Made by a program: the position numbers and the translations under genes. Source: Vulcanimicrobiota bacterium (GTDB taxonomy: Bacteria; Vulcanimicrobiota; Vulcanimicrobiia; Vulcanimicrobiales; Vulcanimicrobiaceae). Taken from it: a DNA stretch of 64,000 bases. Below the pieces are notes generated by a model, which was given only the letters and a program-made list of their open reading frames with translations, was not told where the DNA came from and searched no databases. The stretch lies in contig CAVZQC010000002.1 of the NCBI GenBank assembly GCA_963777315.1, positions 576,001 to 640,000 on the forward strand, read 5' to 3'. Shown piece after piece: positions 1 through 7,633 of this stretch. The stretch's first letter is position 1, and each line of letters begins with the position of its first letter.

Positions 1-2
1 TT

Positions 3-587
3 CATCCGGCTGAACCGCAGTATTCGACGGCGCATTACGATCTCGCAATCGCCTATGCCAACCTCAAACGGCTCGACGACTCCGCGCGCGAATTCGGAGC
101 TGCAATCCAAGGCGATCCGGGCTTTTTGGCAGCGATGGCCAACCTGATTGCCGTCGATATTGCGCGCGGCAAGCTGGGGCAAGCGCGCCGCACGGCGGAT
201 CTTTTCGTCGCCGCCGCGCCCGACTCCGCACGCGCGCTCTATTCGCGCGGCCTGGTGGCACTGCGCACCGGTGATTTTGCGGTCGCGCAGCGCGATTTCT
301 CGCAGCTGCTGCGCAACGATCCGCAATACGCGCTCGCGCACTACAACTTGGGCATCGCGCAGACCAAACTCGGGGATTACGGCTCGGCGCAGCGCGAGCT
401 GAGCATCGCACTGGATTTGGCGCCCGGATACGCTCGCGCGCGCTTTGCGCTGGGGACGGTGCTGCTGCGCGAAGGAAAACGCGCGCAGGCTCGCCAGGCA
501 TTCGATCGCGTCGTTCGCGATGCGAACGGGGATCCGGCACTTGCGAATCTCGCGCTTGCCATGCGCGACGCAATTCACGCGCCCTAA
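3..587 (+). CDS. Tetratricopeptide-repeat protein (5' partial)
   Basis: Frame is open from position 3 to TAA at 585-587. Repeated TPR helices: AHYDLAIAY, ALYSRGLVAL, AHYNLGIAQ, ARFALGTVLL. Confidence 0.9.
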   Translation, partial: HPAEPQYSTAHYDLAIAYANLKRLDDSAREFGAAIQGDPGFLAAMANLIAVDIARGKLGQARRTADLFVAAAPDSARALYSRGLVALRTGDFAVAQRDFSQLLRNDPQYALAHYNLGIAQTKLGDYGSAQRELSIALDLAPGYARARFALGTVLLREGKRAQARQAFDRVVRDANGDPALANLALAMRDAIHAP

Positions 588-588
588 C

Positions 589-615
589 TTTCAGTCTTTT
601 TTCACGACTGTTCCA
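589..615 (+). promoter_or_regulatory. Candidate OmpR-family direct-repeat operator
   Basis: TTTCA (589), TTTCA (600) and TTCCA (611) at an exact 11-bp period, upstream of the operon that ends in an OmpR-family regulator. RBS AGGAGG at 638-643. Confidence 0.45.
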
Positions 616-649
616 TACGCTCTCCTCAACATACGTTAGGAGGGACATC

Positions 650-1246
650 GTGAACATACAGTACGCAGCTCTGCTTTTTGCCGGCATCGCATCGCTGAGC
701 GCCTGCGGCGCAGGCGGAGGCGGCGGCGTGAATCCGCCGCCGAATTCCAACCCGGGCGGCAACGTACCGCCGCCTACGGTGGGTGCGCAGACGATCGGTA
801 TCGCGCTGCCCGACGGAAACATCGGAAGCGTCGACACTGCGCCCTACGGCCGCGTGGGCGGATACACGCAATCGGTCTACTCGCAGGTGCTGGCCTTCGC
901 TCCGGGCACGACGATCACGCTCAAAAATCTGTCGTCCACCACGCCGCACACGCTCAACGTGCTCGGTACGAGCGGATTCCCCACCAATCCCACGCTTTCA
1001 ACCGCCGCTTCCGGCGGCACGGCGCTCGCGGCCGGATTTCAAAGCGGCTCGATCGCACCGGGGGCAACGATGAGCGTCACGCTGTCGACGCCGGGCACCT
1101 ATTACATCGGGTGCGCGTATCATTTCAACGACGCGCTCAGCATGCGCGACGTGCTGCTCGTGAGTTCGAGCGCGACGCCGGGACCGCAAGCAACGCCCCA
1201 GCCTTCAGGCGGCGGCAGCGGCGGTTGCGTGGGGCCGTACTGCTAA
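650..1246 (+). CDS. Cupredoxin (type-1 blue copper) lipoprotein
   Basis: GTG start after AGGAGG; lipobox LSAC; Gly/Pro linker; PHTLNV His and GTYYIGCAYHFNDALSM (C-x2-H-x6-M) ligand loop; C-terminal CVGPYC. Confidence 0.85.
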   Translation: MNIQYAALLFAGIASLSACGAGGGGGVNPPPNSNPGGNVPPPTVGAQTIGIALPDGNIGSVDTAPYGRVGGYTQSVYSQVLAFAPGTTITLKNLSSTTPHTLNVLGTSGFPTNPTLSTAASGGTALAAGFQSGSIAPGATMSVTLSTPGTYYIGCAYHFNDALSMRDVLLVSSSATPGPQATPQPSGGGSGGCVGPYC

Positions 1247-1803
1247 TGGGTTACTGCAAAGCGAGTGCGGCGATGCTGCTGGCGGCTGTTTTCGCACTCG
1301 CTCCTGCGGCTTGCTCAGCCGCTCCGGTTCACTTGGTCGATCAAACGGGGCACACTTTCACGTTTGCATCCCTGCGCGGCGAGCCGCTGATCGTTACGTT
1401 CGTTGCCGCCCACTGCACGGATGCATGCCCGCTGATCGACGCGCAGTTTTCGCAGGCCCAGCGGCTGTTCGCGCGGGCGCACCTTGCGGTGCGGCTGCTC
1501 ACGATCACGCTGGATCCCGAACACGATCCGCCCGCAGTCATGCGCGAACTCGCTCGCAGGTTCGGCGCGGACGCGCACCGCTGGCTGGTTGCGAGCGGAA
1601 GCGTGCGCGACGTCCACAATATCATGACCGCGTTCGGCGTGCGAGCCCAGCGCGGACGCGACGGTTATGCGGACGTCCATACGACGTTCGTGTACGTCTT
1701 CGATAAGCGCGGCGCGCTGCGCACGACGATCTTGGCTTCGACGGTATTGGGAACGCAGCTCGCGCGCGACGTTCGCACGCAGTGGCCGGTACTGGGACGA
1801 TGA
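1246..1803 (+). CDS. SCO1/SenC-family copper chaperone
   Basis: ATG in a TAATG overlap; LVDQTG, CTDAC (CxxxC), ITLDPEHD and a distal His in DVHTTFVYVFD. Confidence 0.9.
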   Translation: MGYCKASAAMLLAAVFALAPAACSAAPVHLVDQTGHTFTFASLRGEPLIVTFVAAHCTDACPLIDAQFSQAQRLFARAHLAVRLLTITLDPEHDPPAVMRELARRFGADAHRWLVASGSVRDVHNIMTAFGVRAQRGRDGYADVHTTFVYVFDKRGALRTTILASTVLGTQLARDVRTQWPVLGR

Positions 1804-2231
1804 AAGCGCTCGCGCCGCTGCTTCTCATGGTGCTGGCCGCCTGCACGCCGGGCGGAATCGCGCCCCCGGCAGGCGGTCAGGCCGTCGGCGCCGTGACGAC
1901 TATCGACGTCAACCTCACGCTGCACCCCGACGGCTACGCGCCCGACACGGTCAACGTTCCGGTCGGGAGCAGCATTCGTTTTTTCAATAGCGACGGTTTC
2001 GCGCATACGGCTACGCTGATTGCCGGCGCGACGACGTTCCCGAACGGCTCGCCGTTCGACGCGTCGGCGCAGACGCGCGCCGGCAGCGCGATTGCCGCGC
2101 CTTGGAGTTCGGGAACGCTGCCGTCCCAAAGCGCGTCGCAGATCATCGTCGCCGATACGCCGGGCACGTATTTCTTCGGATGCTTTTTCCACTACGGGGC
2201 ACCCATGAGGGGGAAGATCGTTGTTCGCTAA
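1800..2231 (+). CDS. Cupredoxin (plastocyanin-like) lipoprotein
   Basis: ATGA overlap; lipobox LAAC; FAHTAT His and GTYFFGCFFHYGAPMRGKIVV (C-x2-H-x4-M). Confidence 0.9.
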   Translation: MKALAPLLLMVLAACTPGGIAPPAGGQAVGAVTTIDVNLTLHPDGYAPDTVNVPVGSSIRFFNSDGFAHTATLIAGATTFPNGSPFDASAQTRAGSAIAAPWSSGTLPSQSASQIIVADTPGTYFFGCFFHYGAPMRGKIVVR

Positions 2232-2235
2232 ATGC

Positions 2236-3354
2236 ATGCGCGCCGTCGCGCCCGTTCTCATGAGCGCGTTCGCGTTATCGCAAACCTGCGGCAGTGCGCA
2301 GGCGATACCGCTTTTTGCCCAGCGCTATCATCTGCAGTGCGGAGCCTGTCACAGCGTGCTTCCCGAACTCAACTCGTTCGGCCAATACTTTCGCCGGCAC
2401 GGTTACCGCCTGGCGCTTGCCAAACACGGCACCACCGGCGTGGCGCTGCGGTACCAAATGGAGTACGAACGCGATCCCGCGCCCGGAAGCCGGCGTTTTT
2501 CACCCGGCGGGGTGCTGCTTTCGAATGCGGACATCGGCGCGGTAACCGCGTTCGTGCATTACAATCTGGGAGCGGGCGGAGGGCCGTCCGGGCTGTTCTT
2601 GGGATACCTGAACACGTACGACGCGCACACGCAATCGTCGTATCGTGCCGGATTATTCGAGCTGCCGCTCGCGCAATCACCCGGACAGCGTCTGGACGAT
2701 CTCGCGCCGTACGGATATTACGGCACGCACGTCGGCTTGAACGATCTGTCGCTGGCTTCGCCGCGCTGGGGCCTGCAAATCGAACGAACCGTCGGGTCGG
2801 CCCGCTTGGATTTGACCGTTTCGACCGGCGAGTTCAAAGGCGCAGCATACGGCGGAAAGCCGATCGACACCGGGGAAACGACCTCGGCCGATAGTCCGGA
2901 AACGGGGCTGTTCGCCGCCGTGCCGCTTGCCGACGGTACGGAGCTCGGCGGTGAAGCCATCGTGGGTTCGCGGCGCATCGTTCCGACGGGCAGGTCGGCA
3001 TTCGCCGACGCGTACCGGCGCACCGGACTGTTCGCGCACGCGACTATGCGCAAGCTGGACGTTCAAGCCGAACAATGGTGGGGCTTCGACGCGAATGCCG
3101 ACGGTTTCGGTTCGGGTATCGCCAGCAGCGGCGGCTATCTGCGCTTGAAGTACTATCCCAGCGCGCATTTCTATCTCGGCGTGCGGTACGATGCTGCGGC
3201 CAACCCCTTTTTGCAGCGCGACTTCGTGTACTACTTCGCATTTCACGTCACGCCCCACGCACGATTGCTTTTCCAAGAGGTGCAGACGGTGGGCGGCCGC
3301 GCAAGTCTGGGCGGAGCCCTAACGGTGGGAGCGCCCTGGCCGCCGAACGTGTAG
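2236..3354 (+). CDS. Cyc2-like outer-membrane monoheme cytochrome c / beta-barrel fusion
   Basis: Signal peptide ending AQA, then IPLFAQRYHLQCGACHSVLPELNSFGQYFRRHGY, which matches the Cyc2 N-terminal pattern PxFAxxxxxxCxxCHxxxPxLxxxGxxF. The remainder has amphipathic aromatic beta-strands (GGYLRLKYY, FYLGVRYD, FVYYFAFHV). Confidence 0.75.
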   Translation: MRAVAPVLMSAFALSQTCGSAQAIPLFAQRYHLQCGACHSVLPELNSFGQYFRRHGYRLALAKHGTTGVALRYQMEYERDPAPGSRRFSPGGVLLSNADIGAVTAFVHYNLGAGGGPSGLFLGYLNTYDAHTQSSYRAGLFELPLAQSPGQRLDDLAPYGYYGTHVGLNDLSLASPRWGLQIERTVGSARLDLTVSTGEFKGAAYGGKPIDTGETTSADSPETGLFAAVPLADGTELGGEAIVGSRRIVPTGRSAFADAYRRTGLFAHATMRKLDVQAEQWWGFDANADGFGSGIASSGGYLRLKYYPSAHFYLGVRYDAAANPFLQRDFVYYFAFHVTPHARLLFQEVQTVGGRASLGGALTVGAPWPPNV

Positions 3355-3373
3355 ACCGGCAAGGGAGACGCTC

Positions 3374-4042
3374 ATGCGCATACTGATCGTCGAGGACAAC
3401 GTCAGCGTTGCCGCTGCGGTGCGGACGATGCTCGAACGCCGCAAGTATGCCGTGGACGTGGCCGGCGACGGCGACGAGGCGCTGGCGCAGCTGGTGCAGC
3501 GAACGTATGACGCGGCGATCGTCGACGTCATGCTTCCCGGACGCGACGGATTCGAGGTCGCGTTTGCCGCGCGTTCGCAGGGCGTGCAGACGCCGCTGCT
3601 CATGCTCACCGCTCGGGACGCCGTCGAGGATCGCGTGCGCGGCCTGGACTGCGGTGCCGACGACTACTTGGTCAAGCCGTTCGTCGAAGAAGAGCTGGCG
3701 GCGCGGTTGCGCGCCCTCGTGCGCCGCGCGGATCGGCCGGTTCAAGACGTTCTGGAAGCCGGCACGATCGCCATCGACGCCAGCGCGCGCCAGGCCACTT
3801 GCATGGGCAAACCGCTGCGATTGGGCGCGACCGAGTTTCGCATGCTGGAATTCTTCGTGCGCAATGCCGGCATCGCGCTCAGCCGCGATCTGCTGCTGGA
3901 ACGACTGTGGGAGTACGATTTCGAGGGTTCCAGCAATATCGTCGACGTGTACGTCAGTCAGCTGCGCCGCAAGCTCAAACGCGCGGGCGGCGGCAATCCC
4001 ATCGCCACGGTATGGGGTATGGGATACAAATTCGTTTCGTGA
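3374..4042 (+). CDS. OmpR/PhoB-family response regulator
   Basis: ILIVED, phospho-acceptor in VDVMLPGRDG, GADDYLVKPF, winged helix NIVDVYVSQLRRKL...GMGYK. Confidence 0.95.
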   Translation: MRILIVEDNVSVAAAVRTMLERRKYAVDVAGDGDEALAQLVQRTYDAAIVDVMLPGRDGFEVAFAARSQGVQTPLLMLTARDAVEDRVRGLDCGADDYLVKPFVEEELAARLRALVRRADRPVQDVLEAGTIAIDASARQATCMGKPLRLGATEFRMLEFFVRNAGIALSRDLLLERLWEYDFEGSSNIVDVYVSQLRRKLKRAGGGNPIATVWGMGYKFVS

Positions 4043-4950
4043 CCGTCCGCCTCGCGCTGCGGTATTTGGCGATTTTCGCGCTCGTGCTTGCCGCGTTGAG
4101 TGCGGGCGCGTACGAATTTTTGGGACGCGAATACGCGACCTTGCTGCAGCCCGCGCTGGGCACGCCGGAAGGAATGCGCGCGTACGGAACGGCGATGCGC
4201 CGCATCGCACTGACGATCGTCGCATTCGACCTTCCCCTGCTCGCGCTGTTCGGCGCAGCGTCATGGCTGCTCGCGCGCGCTTCGCTGCTGCCGCTGCTGC
4301 AGGCGCGCGAACGCGAACGCGCGTTTGCCGTGGACGCCGCTCATGCGTTGCGCTCTCCGCTGGCGACGATTGCTTCGGTCGCGCAGGCTTCGCGCGACGG
4401 TCAGCCCGCGGCGATCTCGGGCGCATTCGATACGATTGCGCGCGCGGCGCTGGACGCATCGGCGGTCGTAGGAGATCTGCTCACGCTCGCGCGCAGTGCG
4501 CGGCCGGAACGCCTGCTTCGCGAGCCGCTCGACTTGAGCGCCGTCGTCGCCGACACGTCCAAAGAGTTCGTTCCGCTGGCGCGCGAGCTGCGCATCGAGA
4601 TCGAGCGCGATCTGACCGGCGCGGTCGTCGATGCGGACGAACGGCGGCTGCGCGAACTCACGCGCAATTTGCTCGACAACGCTCTGCGCCACGCGCGCGG
4701 ACGCGTCGCCGTCACTGCGCGTCCGGCGGGGCGGTGGGTGGAACTGATCGTCGGCAACGACGGCGAAGCGATCGCTCCGGAAAATCGCGAACGGATCTTT
4801 CAACGCTTTTTCAGCGCGAACGGGCAGGGCGGAAGCGGTTTGGGGCTTGCCATCGTGCGATGGATCGCGCAGGCGCACGGCGGATCGGCGTTCGTGCGCG
4901 ACGGCCCGGCAGGCGGTCCCGAGTTCGTCGTTCGTTTCCCGCCGGCATGA
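4039..4950 (+). CDS. Sensor histidine kinase (2 TM, short extracytoplasmic loop)
   Basis: GTGA overlap; H-box AAHALRSPL, N-box NLLDNALRH, F-box RIFQRF, G2 GSGLGLAIV. Confidence 0.9.
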   Translation: MTVRLALRYLAIFALVLAALSAGAYEFLGREYATLLQPALGTPEGMRAYGTAMRRIALTIVAFDLPLLALFGAASWLLARASLLPLLQARERERAFAVDAAHALRSPLATIASVAQASRDGQPAAISGAFDTIARAALDASAVVGDLLTLARSARPERLLREPLDLSAVVADTSKEFVPLARELRIEIERDLTGAVVDADERRLRELTRNLLDNALRHARGRVAVTARPAGRWVELIVGNDGEAIAPENRERIFQRFFSANGQGGSGLGLAIVRWIAQAHGGSAFVRDGPAGGPEFVVRFPPA

Positions 4951-4996
4951 CGGCGCCAGGGCTCCGGCGCGAGATTCGGGTAAGTAGCTTGCCGGT

Positions 4997-5853
4997 ATGC
5001 AAGCTCTCACGTCCAAGCGCCTGACCGAGCTGCAGGTGCAGGCCAACGCGTGCCGCCAAGGCATCATTCGGTCGCTGCTCGCCGCGGGCTCGGGACACTC
5101 GGCCGGTTCGCTCGACATGGCCGATATTTTTACCGCTCTGTACCAGCATATTTTGCGGCACGATCCCGGCAATCCGCAGTGGCCAGATCGCGATCGCCTG
5201 CTGCTCTCGTGCGGCCACATCGCGCCGGTGCGCTACAGCGCGATGGCGTATGCGGGATACTTTCCCGTAGAGGAACTCCTCACGCTGCGCAAGTTCGGCA
5301 CGCGGCTGCAAGGTCACCCCGAGCGGGTGCGCATGCCCGCGCTCGAAACGACGTCCGGTCCGCTGGGCGAGGGCCTCGCGCAAGGCGTGGGCATGGCGCT
5401 GGGCGCGAAGATGGACGAAAAAGCTGGCGCGTGTACGTCGTTACGTCCGATGCCGAACATCAATGCGGTTTGCACTGGGAGGCCGTACTCACCGGCGCTA
5501 AGTTCAATCTCGACAATCTGATCAACATCGTCGACCGCAACTTCATTCAGATCGACGGCGGCACCGAGGAGATCATGCCGCTCCAACCGCTGGCGGACAA
5601 ATACCGCGCGTTCAACTGGAACGTGCTAGAGTGCGACGGCAACGATATCGAAGAATTCGTTTCGACCGTTGAAAAGGCGCAAGGCTGCCGCGGCAAGCCC
5701 AGCGTCATCATCGCTCATACGGTGCCCGGCAAAGGCGTAGCGTACATGGAAGGCGATTACACCTGGCACGGCAAGCCTCCGAACGCCGATCAGGCCGACA
5801 AAGCGCTGCGCGAACTGCAGGAGCAGCGCGAAAGGCTCGTCGCGCATGGCTAA
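4997..5853 (+). pseudogene. Transketolase N-terminal (TPP-binding) subunit, frameshifted
   Basis: SGHSAGSLD, DRLLLSCGH, LQGHP and SGPLGEGL in the first frame. Continues in the -1 frame after the A5 run at 5418-5422 (SWRVYVVTSDAE...NFIQIDG...HTVPGKG...WHGKPP). Probably an assembly indel. Confidence 0.85.
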
Positions 5854-6853
5854 TGCGAACGTTCTCAACGGCGTGGGCGCAATGCACTTGTCCGCATTGG
5901 ACGATCCCAAAACCATCAAGCAGGTTCCTACGCGCAATGGCTTCGGCGAAGGGCTCATCGAAGCCGGGAAGCGCAACGCCAACGTCATCGGAATCTGCGC
6001 GGACCTTTCCGAGTCGACGCGCATGCTGGGCTTCAGGGATGCGTTTCCCACCCGGTACATCGAGATCGGCGTTTCGGAACAGCTGCTGGTGGCGATGGCC
6101 GGCGGTTTGGCGGCGATGGGGAAAATTCCATGGATCGCCAGCTACGCGATGTTCAATCCCGGCCGATCGTGGGAGCAAGTGCGTACGATCATGGCGCTCA
6201 ACGAAACCAACGTGAAGATCGCCGGCGCGCACGCGGGCGTCTCCGTCGGTCCCGACGGCGCCACGCATCAGGCGATCGAAGACATAGCCATCATGCGCGT
6301 CCTGCCGCACATGACCGTCGTGGTTCCGTGCGATTCCACCCAAACGAAAAAAGCGACCCTGGCGCTGAGCGAGATGGATGGGCCCGCGTACCTGCGGTTC
6401 GCGCGCGAGAAATCGCCCGTCATCACGACCGAGGACACTCCGTTCGAGATCGGCAAAGCGCAAACGTTCCGCGAGGGCGGCGACGTGGCGATCGTCGCCT
6501 GCGGCATACTGCTGTACAACGCGCTCATCGCCGCGCGCGAACTGGCCAAAGCCGGCATCGAGTGCATGGTCGTCAACAATCACACGATCAAGCCGATGGG
6601 CGAGCCGGCGATCGTGCAAGCCGCGCAGCGCTGCGGCGCCGTGGTGACGGTCGAAGAGCATCAGGTGCACGGCGGCATGGGTTCGCGCGTGGCCGAGATA
6701 CTCGCGCAGCGCCATCCGGTGCCCATCGAGTTCGTCGGCGTGAACGATCGGTTCGGCCAATCCGGCGATCCGGCCGAACTGATCGAGTACTACGGCATGG
6801 GAAGCAGCGCGATCGCGGCCGCGGTGCGGCGCGCGCTAAAGCGCAAGAGCTAA
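5846..6853 (+). CDS. Transketolase C-terminal (pyrimidine-binding) subunit
   Basis: ADLSEST, EIGVSEQ, GPDGATHQAIED, VTVEEH, FGQSG. Confidence 0.92.
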   Translation: MANANVLNGVGAMHLSALDDPKTIKQVPTRNGFGEGLIEAGKRNANVIGICADLSESTRMLGFRDAFPTRYIEIGVSEQLLVAMAGGLAAMGKIPWIASYAMFNPGRSWEQVRTIMALNETNVKIAGAHAGVSVGPDGATHQAIEDIAIMRVLPHMTVVVPCDSTQTKKATLALSEMDGPAYLRFAREKSPVITTEDTPFEIGKAQTFREGGDVAIVACGILLYNALIAARELAKAGIECMVVNNHTIKPMGEPAIVQAAQRCGAVVTVEEHQVHGGMGSRVAEILAQRHPVPIEFVGVNDRFGQSGDPAELIEYYGMGSSAIAAAVRRALKRKS

Positions 6854-7143
6854 ACCGGAACCGCGACGCGTAGGTTGGCGCTCTCGATGAGCGCCAAATC
6901 GGCGAATTCCGCCACCAAATGCGCGACCTCGCCGGCAACGCCGTCCTGGGCGGTGCGGCTCTGCAGCGCGAGCCTTTGGGCGATCTGCGCGCAGGAACGC
7001 GTTCCGTCGCAGTGCTCGAGTACGGCTGCGGCGCGATGGTTCAAGATATGCACGTAATCGCGCTGCTTGTCGTGCACGATGACCTTGTGCGGCAGCTTGA
7101 TGATTTCCAGACTGCGTTGACGGCGGGGAAGCGAGAGGACCAT
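6850..7143 (-). CDS. PqqD-family / RiPP recognition element (RRE) protein
   Basis: 97 aa with the PqqD pattern VHILNHRAAAVLEHCDGTRSCAQIAQRL...EVAHLVAEFADLALI; AGGAG RBS. Confidence 0.8.
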   Translation of the reverse strand: MVLSLPRRQRSLEIIKLPHKVIVHDKQRDYVHILNHRAAAVLEHCDGTRSCAQIAQRLALQSRTAQDGVAGEVAHLVAEFADLALIESANLRVAVPV

Positions 7144-7247
7144 GTTCCGGCTCCTATGGCGGCGGCTCTGCTCCTATACTAGCGAGCAGCCCCCCATTTG
7201 GTATAGGGACTGATGGCCCGGTTGGTTAGGAGGCCGGCAGGCTTACA

Positions 7248-7517
7248 TCAGCGGCGCAGGCCCAAGTCCGCGATCAATTTGCGATACCGCTCCAGGTCTT
7301 TGTTCTGAAGGTAGCTGAGCAGACGGCGGCGCTGCCCGACCTGCAGCAGCAGGCCGCGGCGGCTGTGGTGGTCCTTCTTGTGCACCTTCAAGTGCTCGGT
7401 GAGCTGGTTGATCGAAGCGGTGAGGATGGCGATCTGCACGTCGGCGGAGCCGGTGTCGCCGGCGGAGCGGCCATATTTGGCGGCCAGCTCGGCCTTGTGT
7501 TCTTTGCTCAGGGGCAC
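7248..7517 (-). CDS. rpsO: 30S ribosomal protein S15
   Basis: [38 protein letters not shown]. Confidence 0.99.
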   Translation of the reverse strand: MPLSKEHKAELAAKYGRSAGDTGSADVQIAILTASINQLTEHLKVHKKDHHSRRGLLLQVGQRRRLLSYLQNKDLERYRKLIADLGLRR

Positions 7518-7589
7518 TTGGTGGTCTCCTCGTTCAAGGATGGGCTCGCTGCGGATGCAGGCACTGGTGTCCGCTCCGGCGACCGGGGA

Positions 7590-7598
7590 ATCATACCA
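7590..7598 (-). promoter_or_regulatory. Extended -10 promoter of rpsO
   Basis: Minus strand TGGTATGAT (TGn-TATGAT), about 70 nt upstream of the GTG start. Confidence 0.55.
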
Positions 7599-7633
7599 AG
7601 GCGGGTCGCGGGACGCAACCGTATCTCCACTGG

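Noticed and set aside
650..2231. Calling the cupredoxins rusticyanin
   Set aside because: Ligand spacing is C-x2-H rather than rusticyanin's C-x4-H-x4-M, and both proteins are lipoproteins.
5411..5430. Programmed -1 frameshift in transketolase
   Set aside because: C GAA AAA G is not an in-frame X XXY YYZ slippery heptamer; a homopolymer error is simpler.
7144..7247. Possible tRNA or ncRNA between the pqqD-like gene and rpsO
   Set aside because: No T-loop GTTCRA or cloverleaf; it more likely contains only a promoter and RBS.
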